A program made the position numbers and the translations under genes. A stretch of DNA of 64,000 nt from positions 192,001 through 256,000 of the forward strand of contig CAWBMV010000006.1 in NCBI GenBank assembly GCA_963789955.1, written 5' to 3'. Within the stretch, counting starts at the first letter, position 1; every line of letters starts with the position of its first letter. This DNA is from an uncultured Candidatus Rokubacteria bacterium. Lineage in GTDB: Bacteria > Methylomirabilota > Methylomirabilia > Rokubacteriales > CSP1-6. Positions 31,490 through 45,093 of the stretch are shown here, piece after piece. Below the pieces are notes generated by a model that saw only the letters and a program-made list of their open reading frames with translations, was not told the origin of the DNA and did no database searches.

Positions 31490-34064
31490 GTGGCAGCAGC
31501 CAAGATAAAGGTGATCGAGCTCGCCAAGGAGCTCGGCGTGACCAGCAAAGATCTGATGGTCGCGGCCGAGGAGATGGGCCACAAGGGCGTCCGGGCCATG
31601 AGTCCCCTCGACAGCGCGCTCGCGAACGCGCTGCGCGTGAAGCTCGGCAAGGGCCGTGACCTGCCGGAAGCGCCGAAGCCCAAGCGCGTACCCGAAGCCC
31701 AAAACGGACGAGGCCGGCGATGCGGCCGCGGGCGATCTCGTCGCGAAAAAGCCCGCCTCTCGGTCGAAGAAGGCCAAGACCGAGGACGAAGTGGCCGCCG
31801 ACGTCAAGCCGGCTGCGACGATCGTGAAGCCGAAACCCGCTGGAGCCGTGCCGGACATCGCGCCGCAACCGCCGTTCGTACCGGAGCCGGAGCCCGAAAT
31901 CGTGCCCGAGCCCACCGTGGTTGCCGCGCCGCCCGAGCCCGTCGTTCCCAAGCCGGCTGCGCCGCTCGCGCCGCCGCCCGTTCCGCCCGCGCCTGCAGGG
32001 CCGAGTAAGCCTGAGCCCAAGATCGTTCCGTTCCGGCCACTCGAGCGTGGCGCTCCGGCGCCCCCGCCAAGGCGCCAGCCCGCGGGCCCGTTCGCGCCGC
32101 CGAGAGTCACGGTCTCGCCGCCGCGTCCAGCAGCGCCGCCTCCGCCGCCTCGACCCGCGGCCCAGCCGCCGACCGTCATTCGCCCGGCAGCCGCCGGTCC
32201 GGCGGCGCCACCGGCGCCCCCGATGCCCGCGCCTGCGCCGATCGCACCCGCTGCCGTCGCGCCCGCCGCGGCCGCAACGGTCCTCGTCGAGGAAGCGCCC
32301 GCGCCGCCGGTCGAGGCCAGGCGCGAGCTCATCCGCGTCCCGGAATCGGTCACGGTCGGCGAGCTCGCCGAGAAAATGCGGCGGAAGTCGGGTGAGGTCA
32401 TCAAGGCGTTGCTCGAGCTCGGCGTGATGGCCACGGTCAACGAGCTCCTCGATCCGACCGCGGCCAAGCTCGTCGCCGACAAGTTCAACGTGGACGTCGA
32501 GATCCGCTCGGTCGAGGGCGACGTGGTCGACGAGGAAGACGTCGACCCAGCTCAGCTCTCGCTGCGCCCGCCGGTCGTCACGGTCATGGGACACGTCGAC
32601 CACGGCAAGACGTCGTTGCTGGACGCCATTCGGAAGTCGAAAGTGGCCGAGAAGGAGTTCGGCGGCATCACCCAGCACATCGGCGCCTATCAGGTCACGA
32701 CCTCGCACGGCAAGGTCACGTTCCTCGACACGCCGGGCCACGAGGCGTTCACGGCGATGCGAGCGCGCGGGGCGCAGGCGACCGACATCGTCATCCTGGT
32801 CGTCGCGGCGGACGACGGCGTGATGCCGCAGACGCAGGAAGCGATCAACCACGCCCGCGCCGCGAACGTCCCGATCATCGTCGCGGTGAACAAGATCGAC
32901 CGGCCCGAGGCCGACGCCGATCGCGTGAAGCGCGAGCTGTCCAATCTGAACCTCGTCCCGGAAGAGTGGGGCGGCCAGACGATCTTCGTCCCGACCTCGG
33001 CCAAGATGGGCACGGGGATCGACCAGCTCCTCGAGATGACGGCGCTCCAGTCCGAGATCCTCGAGCTCAAGGCCAATTCCAGTCGCGCGGCCAAGGGTGT
33101 CATCATCGAAGGCCGGCTCGACCGGGGCCGCGGGCCGGTGGCCACGGCGCTGATCCAGAACGGAACCCTGAAAGAAGGCGACGCGGTCGTCGTCGGCTCC
33201 TACTCCGGGCGGATTCGCTCGCTGCTCGACCCCGCCGGCAAGAAGGTCAAGAGCGCCGGGCCGTCGGATCCCGTCGAGATCCAGGGGCTGTCCGGGGTCC
33301 CGGCCGCGGGCGACGTGCTGGTGGCCGTCTCGGACGAGCGCAAGGCGCGGCAGATCGCGACGATGCGGCTCGACCGGGAGAAGGCCAAGGGCAAGGCGTC
33401 GACACGTATCACCCTCGAGGGGCTGCAGAAGCAGATCCAGACCGGCGAGGTCAAGGAGCTGCGGCTCATCCTCAAGGCCGACGTGCAGGGCTCGGTCGAG
33501 GCGCTGGGCGAATCGCTCGAGCGGCTTTCGACCGACGAGGTAAAGCTGAAGGTCATCCACAGCTCGGTCGGCATGATCACCGAAAGCGACGTGATGCTGG
33601 CCTCGGCGTCCAACGCGATCGTGCTGGGATTCAACGTGAAGGCCGAGCCCAAGGCGACGGCCCAGGCGCAGGCGAACGGCGTCGACATCCGGAACTACAA
33701 CGTCATCTACGAGGCGATCAACGATCTCAAAGCCGCACTGGCCGGCATGCTGGCGCCGGAGATCCGCGAGACGGCGCTCGGCAAGGCACAAGTTCGTCAG
33801 ATCTTCGTCATCTCCAAGCTCGGCCCGATTTGCGGCTCGTATGTGTCGGAAGGCAAGATCGTACGCAACGCGAAGGTGCGGGTGCGCCGCGGCGACGAGA
33901 TCTTCGGCCAGGGCACGGTCGGCTCGCTGAAGCGCTTCAAGGACGAAGTTCGCGAGGTGCTCGCCGGACTCGAGTGCGGCATCGGCGTCGACGGAGTCAA
34001 CGGCGTGCAACCCGGGGACATCCTCGAGGTCTACACGAGCGAGGAAGTGGCGCGCACACTGTAG
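31490..34064 (+). CDS. infB: Translation initiation factor IF-2; frameshift near 31690
   Basis: IF2N-like start, Pro/Ala-rich linker, GHVDHGKT, DTPGHEAF, NKID. Confidence 0.96.
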
Positions 34065-34088
34065 CGAAGGAGCGCGCCGGAGGGGCCG

Positions 34089-34379
34089 ATGTCGGCAGCG
34101 CGCGTCGCGCTTGGACTCGTCGAGCTGCACCTGCCGGACGTCGAATCCCTCAAGGACAAGCGGCACGTCCTGAAGGGTCTCAAGGAGAAGGTGCGGGCGC
34201 GGTTCGAGGTCTCGGTGGCCGAGGTCGACCACCAGGATCTCTGGCAGCGCGCCACACTCGCGATCGCCTACGTCTCCGCCAACGCGCGACACGCCAACGA
34301 GGTCGTCGCCAAGGCGCTGGACTACATCGAAGACAACGTCGCCGGGCGAGTGCTCGACACGTCAGTGGAGATTCTCTGA
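34089..34379 (+). CDS. DUF503 (YlxP) protein
   Basis: SLKDKR, FEVSVAEVDHQDLWQ; lies between infB and rbfA. Confidence 0.88.
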   Translation: MSAARVALGLVELHLPDVESLKDKRHVLKGLKEKVRARFEVSVAEVDHQDLWQRATLAIAYVSANARHANEVVAKALDYIEDNVAGRVLDTSVEIL

Positions 34380-34732
34380 TGCAACGCAAGCGACTGGATC
34401 GGGTCAATCAGCTTTTGAAGGAGGAGATCTCGACACTCCTCCAGCGTGAGCTCAAGGATCCGCGGCTCGGATTCGTGTCGGTCACCGAGGTCGAGGCCTC
34501 GCAGGACCTGCGCACCGCCAAGGTCTTCGTATCAGTCCTCGGTGACGAGGACCAGTGGACCGGATCGCTGGCGGCCCTCGCCAGCGCCCGGGGCTTCATC
34601 CGCAACTGGCTCCGCCAGCATCTCGAGCTACGCGTCACGCCCGAGCTCGACTTCCGGCCCGACCGGTCGATGGAGCACGCGGCGCACATCCAGGCCCTGC
34701 TCCGGCGGGTCGGCGGCGAAACCGGACCGTGA
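34379..34732 (+). CDS. rbfA: Ribosome-binding factor A
   Basis: LKDPRLG, DLRTAKVFVS, LRVTPELDF. Confidence 0.95.
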   Translation: MQRKRLDRVNQLLKEEISTLLQRELKDPRLGFVSVTEVEASQDLRTAKVFVSVLGDEDQWTGSLAALASARGFIRNWLRQHLELRVTPELDFRPDRSMEHAAHIQALLRRVGGETGP

Positions 34733-35724
34733 GCGGCCCCATCGAGCACACGCGCCCGGTGCCGTCCGCCGCGGTGCTGGAGCCCTTCGGCCACCGCGGG
34801 CGCGCCCTCATGCTCGGTCACGTCCACCCGGACGCCGACGTCCTGGGCACCTTGCTGGCGCTCGGGCTGGCGCTCGAAGCAAGGGACTGGAGCGTCGTGT
34901 ACGGCGGTCCGCATCCATCGCCGGACCTGCTCGCCTTCCTGCCCGGTGTGGATCGCTATCGGACGCTCGACCGGCTCGACGGCCGCTTCGACGTGGTCGT
35001 GCTGACGGACTGTCCGAACCCTCAGCGCACCGAGGGACTCATCGACCAGGCTCGCGACGCCGCCCGGGTCGTCGTGAACATCGACCATCATCCCGACAAC
35101 CGCCGGTACGGTCACGTGAACTGGATCGACGTGACGGCCGCGGCCACTGGCGAGATGGTGTACGAGCTCCTCACGGCACTCCGGGTATCGCTGACGCCGG
35201 CGATCGCCACGAACCTGTACACGGCGATCCACACGGACACCGGCTCGTTCCGGTACTCCAACGTCACGGCCCGTACCTTCACGATCGCGGCGGCGCTCGT
35301 CGCCGCCGGCGCCCGTCCGGAGCTCGTGTCCGAATCGCTCTACGAGCGCCGGGCGCCCGACGCGCTGCACTGGCTCGGCGAGGCCCTCGCCCGGGTCGAG
35401 GTGAGCGAGGACGGGCGGGTGGGCTGGCTCGCGCTGTCGGCAGACTCCATCCCGGAACGGATCGTCGAGTCCGAAGAGCTCGTGAACTATCCGCGCTCCG
35501 TGGCCTCGGTGCGTGTCGCCTGTCTCCTCCGCGAGCTGAACGGCACGGTGAAGGTGAGCCTGCGGGGCAAAGGCGACGTCGACGTTCAGAAGATCGCCGC
35601 GCAGTTCGGCGGCGGAGGCCACGTGAACGCCGCCGGATGCACGGTCCCCGGGCCGCTCCCCGACGCCACGCGGCTCTTGCTCTCGGCGGTGCGGCGCGCG
35701 GTCGACGCGAACGGAACCTCGTGA
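34729..35724 (+). CDS. nrnA: DHH/DHHA1 phosphoesterase (NrnA-like)
   Basis: HPDAD, IDHH, TDTGSF, GGGHVNAAG. Confidence 0.9.
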   Translation: MSGPIEHTRPVPSAAVLEPFGHRGRALMLGHVHPDADVLGTLLALGLALEARDWSVVYGGPHPSPDLLAFLPGVDRYRTLDRLDGRFDVVVLTDCPNPQRTEGLIDQARDAARVVVNIDHHPDNRRYGHVNWIDVTAAATGEMVYELLTALRVSLTPAIATNLYTAIHTDTGSFRYSNVTARTFTIAAALVAAGARPELVSESLYERRAPDALHWLGEALARVEVSEDGRVGWLALSADSIPERIVESEELVNYPRSVASVRVACLLRELNGTVKVSLRGKGDVDVQKIAAQFGGGGHVNAAGCTVPGPLPDATRLLLSAVRRAVDANGTS

Positions 35725-36650
35725 GCGACGAGTCGATTCGCTCCGGCGTCCTGGTCGTCGACAAGGGACGGGGTGCGACCTCGTTCGACGTCGTGGCCAT
35801 CGTGCGACGGCGTCTCGGGGTGCGGCGGATCGGTCACGCCGGTACGCTCGATCCCGACGCGACCGGTGTGCTGCCGATCCTCGTGGGCGAGGCGACGAAA
35901 ATCACGCCGTATCTCGTCGACCAGGACAAGGAGTACCTGGCCACCGTGCGCTTCGGCCTGACCACCGACACGCACGACGTGAGCGGGCGCGTGCTGTCGG
36001 AGACGCCGGTGGACGACCTCGTTCCCGCCCGGCTCGAGGACGTCTGCCGCGCGTTCGTCGGGCACATCAAGCAGGTGCCGCCGATGTACTCGGCGGTCCA
36101 CCATCAGGGCCGGCGGCTCTACGAGCTCGCGCGCGCCGGCATCGAGGTGGAGCGCGCGCCGCGCGAGGTCACCATCCGGTCGATCGCGATCGAGAAGATC
36201 GACGGACCGCGGGCGACGCTCCGTGTCGTCTGCGGCAAGGGAACGTACGTGCGCGTGCTCGCCGCGGACCTCGGCGCCGCGCTGGGCTGCGGCGGCGCCG
36301 TCGAGTCGCTGGTGCGCTGCCGGGTCGGCCCCTTCGATCTGCGAGACGCGGTATCGTGGCCCGACCTGATGGAAGGCGGACACGAGCTCTGGTCTCGAGT
36401 GCGCCCGGTCGAGGCGGCGCTGGCTGGATGGCCCGTCGTCCGCCTCGACGGTCCCGGCGCGGCGACGTTCGGCCACGGTCAGCCGGCCGACGTCATCCCC
36501 GCCGCGGCGGGGACCGAGGGCTTCGTGCGGGTCCACGACATCGCCGGTCCGATGATCGGCGTCGGCGAATTGATGGCGGGCGGGAGCAAGGTCAGGCCCG
36601 TCCGCATCCTGCATGCAGATCGTCCGCGGACTCGAATCCTCCCCGCCTGA
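35721..36650 (+). CDS. truB: tRNA pseudouridine(55) synthase
   Basis: GHAGTLDPDATGVL, PPMYSA, GTYVR. Confidence 0.95.
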   Translation: MSDESIRSGVLVVDKGRGATSFDVVAIVRRRLGVRRIGHAGTLDPDATGVLPILVGEATKITPYLVDQDKEYLATVRFGLTTDTHDVSGRVLSETPVDDLVPARLEDVCRAFVGHIKQVPPMYSAVHHQGRRLYELARAGIEVERAPREVTIRSIAIEKIDGPRATLRVVCGKGTYVRVLAADLGAALGCGGAVESLVRCRVGPFDLRDAVSWPDLMEGGHELWSRVRPVEAALAGWPVVRLDGPGAATFGHGQPADVIPAAAGTEGFVRVHDIAGPMIGVGELMAGGSKVRPVRILHADRPRTRILPA

Positions 36651-37531
36651 CGCGGGCCCGAGTGCCGTCGCGCTCGGTGCCTTCGACGGCATTCATCTCG
36701 GCCATCGGGCCATCCTGGGCACGGCCGTGGCGCTGGCGCGACAGGGCAAGATCCGCGCGCTCGCGTGCACCTTCGACCGTCATCCGATGGAAGTGCTGCA
36801 GCCCGACCGGGCCCCGATGCCGATCACGACGCTCGAGGAACGGCTGGAGCTGATCGCCGGCACCGGGATCGACACGACGGTGGTCATCCCGTTCACGCCG
36901 GCCGTCGCGAGTGTCGAGGCCAAGGCCTTCGTCCAGGACGTCCTCATCGGCACGCTCGCAGGCTCGGGAAATCGTCGTGGGGTTCAATCACCGGTTCGGC
37001 CGCGGCGCTCGCGGCGACGCTCAGCTCCTCGAGAGCCTCGCCGTTCCGCTCGGGTTTCGCGCTCACATCGTGCCGGCGCTCATGGTCGACGGCGTCGCCG
37101 TCTCGTCATCGGAGATCCGCGCGGCACTCCAGCGCGGAGATCTCCCGAACGCCGAGCGGCTTCTCGGCCGCGCCTATTCGATCCGTGGCGAGGTCGTCCG
37201 TGGGGCGGGAAGGGGACGGACGCTCGGCTTCCCCACGGCGAACGTGAAGACCGAGCGGCCCCTGGGGCTGCCGGTCGGCGTCTACGTGTGCCGGCTCCTG
37301 GCCTGGGCGCGTCAGCATCAGGCCGTCGTCAACGTCGGCTACCGGCCCACGTTCGGGGAGACCGATCTCTCCGTGGAGGCTCATGTCCTCGATTTTGCCG
37401 GCGACCTCTACGATCAGACGGTGACGTTGACCTTTCTCCGTCGCCTCCGGGAGGAGCGAAAGTTCCCGAGCGTCGACGCGCTCAAGGAGCAGATCGCGCT
37501 CGATGTGGCCGCCGCACGGGCGGCTTCCTGA
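36613..37531 (+). CDS. ribF: Riboflavin kinase / FAD synthetase; frameshift near 36960
   Basis: GAFDGIHLGH, VSSSEIR, GFPTAN. Confidence 0.93.
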
Positions 37532-37543
37532 CGGCCCCATAGC

Positions 37544-37660
37544 TTTACTTCAATTGCCGTGCGTGGTACCCTGCCTCCGTATCTGCTGACAAAAAAAGGA
37601 CTTTTGGAACCCGCCCTGGCGTGGGAGCACGGCTCCCTGGGGTGTGGCGATTGGGGGGCC
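37544..37660 (+). promoter_or_regulatory. rpsO promoter and structured leader
   Basis: TTTACT-17 nt-TACCCT with extended TG; hairpin GGGAGC-acg-GCTCCC in the leader. Confidence 0.5.
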
Positions 37661-37664
37661 TTCG

Positions 37665-37934
37665 ATGCCGCTTGCCGTCGAACGGAAGAAGAGTCTAATT
37701 GAGCAGTTCCGAACTCATGAGGGCGATACAGGCTCGCCCGAAGTCCAGATCGCGCTCCTCACCGAGCGGATCAACAGCCTGACGGACCACTTCAAGCAGC
37801 ACAGCAAGGACCATCACTCTCGGCGCGGGCTGCTGATGCTCATCGGCAAGCGTCGTGGTCTTCTCGAGTACCTCCGGGCCCGAGCGCCGGAGCGGTACCG
37901 CGTCATCATCGACAAGCTCGGCATCCGCCGTTGA
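37665..37934 (+). CDS. rpsO: 30S ribosomal protein S15
   Basis: [22 protein letters not shown]. Confidence 0.97.
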   Translation: MPLAVERKKSLIEQFRTHEGDTGSPEVQIALLTERINSLTDHFKQHSKDHHSRRGLLMLIGKRRGLLEYLRARAPERYRVIIDKLGIRR

Positions 37935-38064
37935 CGGCGGAACCACCAATCACTGATCGGTCCTCGGACGGAACGAATCCGGGGGCCCCTGAGCGAGCTG
38001 ACGCAGCGCCCGCTCCACACGGCGTTCGCCGGATTCCGGCCGATACGCGAGGACAATTTTTCGT

Positions 38065-40203
<2,139 letters not shown>

Positions 40204-40214
40204 GAGGTGAGGGC

Positions 40215-41480
40215 GTGACAGAAGGCTACCGGAAGGGATTCCTGCCCAACGGCATTCGAGTCGTCACCGAGCGCATGGAGCACGTCCGCTCGGTCGCCGT
40301 CGGGGTGTGGGTCGAGACCGGGTCACGTCACGAAGCCGAGAACCGCGGTGGGATGTCTCACCTGATCGAGCACCTCGTGTTCAAGGGGACCGCCACGCGC
40401 AGCGCCGAGGCGATCGCCCGCACGATGGACTCGGTCGGGGGCCAGATGGACGCCTTCACGACCAAGGAGCACACCTGCTTCTACGTCCAGGTGCTCGACG
40501 AGCACCTGCCGCTGGCCGTCGATCTCCTGACCGACATCCTGCTCCACCCGCTCTTCAATGCCGACGAGCTGGAGCGCGAGAAGTCGGTGGTCCTCCAGGA
40601 AATCAAGATGGTCGAGGACACCCCGGACGATATCGTCCACGATCTGTTCGCGGGCCAGATCTGGGGCGGACATCCCCTCGGCCGGCCGATCCTCGGCACC
40701 CGCGAGGCGGTGACCGCGTACGACCGGACGGAGGCCCTCGGCTACTTCACCGACGAGTACGTGCCGCCGCGGGTCATCATCGCCGTCGCGGGCAACGTCA
40801 CGCACGAGCGAGTGATGGAGCTGTTCAGCGCGGGCTTCGAGGGCTTCGACCGTACGCCGACGTCGCGCTCGGCGACGCCCCCCGTCCTCAAGCCGGGCGT
40901 GAACATCGTCAACAAGACCCTGGAGCAGGTCCACGTCATCATGGGGTTCCCCGGGCTCCATCATTCGGCGCCCGAGCGGTACGCCCTGTTCCTGCTCAAC
41001 GACATCATCGGCGGCAGCATGTCCTCGCGCCTCTTCCAGGAAGTGCGCGAGCGCGAGGGGCTCGTATACGCGATCCACTCGGGCGTGCAGGCCTACACCG
41101 ACACCGGCGTGGTCTACGTGTACGCGGCGACCGACGAGAAGAACTTCTCCAAGGTCCTGAAATCGACCCTGAAGGTGCTCCGCGAGCTGAAGAAGACCGG
41201 CGTGACCGAAGAAGAGCTGAAGCGCGCCAAGGATCACCTCAAGGGCAGCCTGATGCTCTCGCTCGAGTCGACGTCGAGTCGCATGAATCGTCTGGCCAAG
41301 CACGAGATGCATCACGGGACATTCCTCTCGATGGACGCCATGCTGGCCGCGATCGACACCGTTCGTCACGAGGAGGTGCAGGCACTGGTCACCGACCTCC
41401 TCGACGAGGATCGTCTCGCGCTGACCACGTTGGGCCCGCTCGACCGCCGCAATCTGCCCCGCGAGCTTTTGCACCACTGA
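40215..41480 (+). CDS. M16 family (pitrilysin-like) peptidase
   Basis: HLIEH inverted zinc motif; usual position after pnp. Confidence 0.92.
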   Translation: MTEGYRKGFLPNGIRVVTERMEHVRSVAVGVWVETGSRHEAENRGGMSHLIEHLVFKGTATRSAEAIARTMDSVGGQMDAFTTKEHTCFYVQVLDEHLPLAVDLLTDILLHPLFNADELEREKSVVLQEIKMVEDTPDDIVHDLFAGQIWGGHPLGRPILGTREAVTAYDRTEALGYFTDEYVPPRVIIAVAGNVTHERVMELFSAGFEGFDRTPTSRSATPPVLKPGVNIVNKTLEQVHVIMGFPGLHHSAPERYALFLLNDIIGGSMSSRLFQEVREREGLVYAIHSGVQAYTDTGVVYVYAATDEKNFSKVLKSTLKVLRELKKTGVTEEELKRAKDHLKGSLMLSLESTSSRMNRLAKHEMHHGTFLSMDAMLAAIDTVRHEEVQALVTDLLDEDRLALTTLGPLDRRNLPRELLHH

Positions 41481-41530
41481 GCCAGGCGGCCGCCACGCGG
41501 CCGCGCTCTGATCACGAAGGAGATGTAGGC

Positions 41531-41911
41531 ATGTCGTTGCGCTATCACATCGATTCCGATGCCGGGATGCTTCTGGTCGTCGGTGAGGGCACCATCAGCC
41601 AGTCGGAGCGCCTCGCCGCCATGCGCGGGTGGCTCGGCGATCCAGGGTTCCGCCCGGGCCTGAACACGCTCTGTGACTTCTCGGCGGCGACCTCGACGCC
41701 AACGCTGGCCGAGCTGCACGAGATCGTCTCGATCGTCGACCGGCACTCCGCGGCGATCGGAAAGAAGAAGCTCGCGATGGTCGCGCCGCGCCCCGTCACG
41801 TTCGGTGTGGCCCGCCAGTTCCAGACCCTGGCCGACACCGGCCCGCTCGACGTGGGTGTCTTCAAGGATCGACGCGCGGCGCTCGGCTGGCTCCGCCACG
41901 AAGGGGCCTAG
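41531..41911 (+). CDS. Hypothetical protein, SpoIIAA/STAS-like small domain
   Basis: ATG at 41531 after AAGGAG; LCDFS, KLAMVAP...FGVARQF, VFKDRRAALGWL. Confidence 0.65.
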   Translation: MSLRYHIDSDAGMLLVVGEGTISQSERLAAMRGWLGDPGFRPGLNTLCDFSAATSTPTLAELHEIVSIVDRHSAAIGKKKLAMVAPRPVTFGVARQFQTLADTGPLDVGVFKDRRAALGWLRHEGA

Positions 41912-42075
41912 CCACTCGCAACGGCGACTACTGGCTCGACCTCAGCACCGGGATCTGGGGCTACGCCGGCAACCCGACTCCGCAAGGGCCCATCTCGGAC
42001 GGCTGTCGCCAGGCGCGCCCGCCCAGCCTGTCGGAGCGCGGCATGCTCTACAGCCCCTACGACTGGGTCCGGTGA
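41911..42075 (+). pseudogene. Start-less C-terminal remnant of a small protein
   Basis: Reads TRNGDYWLDLSTGIWGYAGNPTPQGPISDGCRQARPPSLSERGMLYSPYDWVR* with coding-like codon use; no ATG/GTG upstream in frame. Confidence 0.55.
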
Positions 42076-42105
42076 CGCGATATCGCTTCGTGCTACGCTC
42101 CGGGC

Positions 42106-42966
42106 ATGACGACCCGGCTGGAGCCCGCGAGTCAGGCGATCGACGTCAACGGACTGCGCGTGCACTATCTCGACTGGGGCAATCCCGGCGCGCCGCCGGT
42201 CGTGTGCGTCCACGGCTACACGTCGAGCGCGCAGGCCTTCAACGCGCTCGCGCGGCGCCTCCACGATCGCTACCACTTCGTCGCGATGGACGTGCGCGGT
42301 CACGGAGAGAGCGCGTGGTCGCCCGCCGGCGCGTATCAGTACCGTGACCAGGTCGGCGATCTCGCCGCGGTCGTCGACAAGCTCGGCCTCTCGCGATTCA
42401 CGCTGATCGGCACCTCGATGGGCGGCATCATCGCCATGGCCTACGCGGGGGCTCATCCGGATCGCCTCACGCATCTCGTGATCAACGACATCGGACCCGA
42501 CGTCGAAGCGGGCAGCCAGCGCATCACGCAGATGGTCGGCAGCCGGCCCGACGAGTTCGGAACCCTGGACGACGCGATGGCCTATCGGCGCCAGATGTCT
42601 CCGATCGTGGCCGGGCGAGCCCTGGACGATCAGCGCGAGCTGGCGCTCGGCGTGCTGCGGCAGCGACCGGACGGGCGCTGGATCTGGAAGATGGATCCGG
42701 CGTACATCGAGCAGCGCGTGAAGATCGGGCCGCCCGAGCGACCCGCGCTCTGGCCCGCTCTGCAGCGCGTGACGTGTCCGACCCTCGTCGTGTGGGGAAG
42801 CGACAGCGACGTCCTCTCCGAGGCGCAGGCCCGGCGTATGGTCGACACCTTGGCGGACGGTGAGCTCGTCACGGTCCCCGGCGTCGGTCACGCCCCGACG
42901 CTCGTGGAGCCGGCGGTGGTCACCGCACTCGAGCGGTTTCTCGGCCGGCCGACGCGGCAGGCCTGA
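42106..42966 (+). CDS. Alpha/beta hydrolase; probably leaderless
   Basis: VHG, DVRGHGES, GTSMGG nucleophile elbow, GH; TGcTACGCT 6 nt before the ATG. Confidence 0.9.
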   Translation: MTTRLEPASQAIDVNGLRVHYLDWGNPGAPPVVCVHGYTSSAQAFNALARRLHDRYHFVAMDVRGHGESAWSPAGAYQYRDQVGDLAAVVDKLGLSRFTLIGTSMGGIIAMAYAGAHPDRLTHLVINDIGPDVEAGSQRITQMVGSRPDEFGTLDDAMAYRRQMSPIVAGRALDDQRELALGVLRQRPDGRWIWKMDPAYIEQRVKIGPPERPALWPALQRVTCPTLVVWGSDSDVLSEAQARRMVDTLADGELVTVPGVGHAPTLVEPAVVTALERFLGRPTRQA

Positions 42967-43059
42967 AAAGATCTCTGCTTTAAGCGGCTCAGCCGCTACC
43001 CGTAGTAGCCGCCACAACTCCCACTTCCATCGTTTGCGGTTTTGCTCTATGGTGTGGGC

Positions 43060-44359
43060 GTGATCGACCGCTACACCCGCCCGGAGATGGGTCGGATCTG
43101 GAGCGAGGAGTCCAAATACCAGGCGTGGCTCAGGGTGGAGCTGGCGGTGTGCGAGGCCTACGCGCGCCGGGGCCGCATCCCCGCCGACGCCATGGCGCGG
43201 ATCCGGCAGAAGGCCCGCGTGGACATCGGCCGGATTCTCGCGATCCAGGAGCGCGTGAAGCACGAGATGATCGCGCTCCTGACGAGTCTCGAGGAGCAGG
43301 TGGGTGAGGACTCGCGCTTCATCCACATCGGCCTGACCACCAGCGACGTCTGGGACACCGCCACCGCCCTTCAGCTCCGTGACGCGATCGATCTCCTGAT
43401 CGCCGGACAGGAGCGGCTCGAGAAGTCGCTCGGCGTCCTCGCCGTCCGCCACAAGGACACCTTGACGATCGGCCGCACCCACGGCGTCCACGCCGAGCCG
43501 ACGAGCTTCGGCCTCAAGGTCGCGGTCTGGTACACCGAAGCCGGCCGCAACGTCGAGCGGCTGCGGCGCGCGCGCGCGACGATCTCGGTCGGCAAGCTCT
43601 CGGGCGCCGTCGGGAACTTCGCCCACGTCGAGCCCGACGTCGAGGCCGAAGTGTGCCGCGAGCTCGGTCTCGAGGCCGCGCCCGTCTCGACGCAGATCGT
43701 CCAGCGCGACCGCCACGCCGAGTTCTCGGCGATGCTCGCGGTCGCCGCCGCCTCGCTCGAGAAGATCGCGCTCGAGGTACGCGGGCCTGCAACGAACCGA
43801 GATCCTCGAGGCGCAGGAGCCCTTCGGCGACGGCCAGAAGGGCTCGAGCTCGATGCCGCACAAGCGCAATCCGGAGCTGGCCGAGCGCATCTGCGGCCTG
43901 GCGCGCCTGGTCCGGACCAACGCGCTGGCGGCACTCGAGAACGTCGCGCTGTGGCACGAGCGCGACATCAGCCATTCGTCGGTCGAGCGCGTCATCCTGC
44001 CGGACTCGACGATCATGCTCGACTATCTGCTGCACCTGGCGACGTTCATCGTGGAGGGGCTCGACGTCGACACGGCCCGGATGGCCGAGAACCTCGAGCT
44101 GAGCCACGGCGTGATCTACTCGCAGCGCGTGCTGCTGAAGCTCACCGACGCCGGCCTTCCGCGCCAGACCGCGTACGAGATCGTGCAGAAGAACGCGATG
44201 CGCGCCTGGAAAGAGCGGCGCTCGTTCTCGGAGCTGCTCGCCGCCGACCCGAAGGTGACGGATCATCTGTCGGCGGACGAGCTCAAGAGCTGTTTCGACC
44301 CGGCGTTCTTCTTGAAGAACGTCGACGCCATCTTCAAACGCCTGGGGCTCAGCCGATGA
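43060..44359 (+). CDS. purB: Adenylosuccinate lyase; frameshift near 43785
   Basis: IDRY, GRTHGVHAEP, SSSMPHKRNP. Confidence 0.95.
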
Positions 44360-45093
44360 GCGCGAGGATGCCGATGAGCATCGAGACCCGCGAGAAGCTC
44401 TACGAAGGCAAGGCCAAGATCGTCTACGAGACCAACCGGCCCGGCGTGATCATCCAGTACTTCAAGGACGACGCGACCGCCTTCAACGCCCTGAAGAAGG
44501 GCACCATCGTCGGCAAGGGCGTCGTCAACAACCGGATGTCGGCGGCGCTGTTCCAGCGGCTGGGACGCGCCGGCATCCCGACGCACTACCTCGAGACTCT
44601 CTCGGATCGCGAGATGCTCTGCCATCGCCTCGACATCATCAAGATCGAGACGATCGTGCGGAACATCGTCGCCGGCAGCCTCGCCAAGCGCACCGGTCTC
44701 GAGGAGGGCACGCCGATCAAGCAGCCGATCGTCGAGCTCTACTACAAATCGGATCCCCTGGGCGATCCGATGCTCAACGAGGACCACGTGCGGATGTTGA
44801 AGCTCGCCTCGCCCACGGAAGTCGCGTGGATGAAGCGCACGGCGCTCAAGATCAATGCCATCCTGAGACCGTACCTGTTGAAGCAACGGCTCCTGCTGGT
44901 CGACTTCAAGCTCGAGTTCGGGCGCCACGGCAAGAAGCTCATGCTGGGTGACGAGATCTCGCCCGACACGTGCCGCCTCTGGGACAGCGGGAGCAAGGAG
45001 AAGCTGGACAAGGATCGCTTCCGTCGCGACCTCGGCGGTGTGGAGGAAGCGTACCAGGAGGTCTACCGGCGGCTCGTGACGAAGGACGCATGA
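44356..45093 (+). CDS. purC: SAICAR synthetase
   Basis: LYEGKAK, LVDFKLEFG, DEISPDTCRLW. Confidence 0.96.
   Translation: MSARMPMSIETREKLYEGKAKIVYETNRPGVIIQYFKDDATAFNALKKGTIVGKGVVNNRMSAALFQRLGRAGIPTHYLETLSDREMLCHRLDIIKIETIVRNIVAGSLAKRTGLEEGTPIKQPIVELYYKSDPLGDPMLNEDHVRMLKLASPTEVAWMKRTALKINAILRPYLLKQRLLLVDFKLEFGRHGKKLMLGDEISPDTCRLWDSGSKEKLDKDRFRRDLGGVEEAYQEVYRRLVTKDA

Noticed and set aside
31700..32320. Pro/Ala-rich low-complexity repeats
   Set aside because: Ordinary variable N-terminal linker of IF-2, not a repeat array
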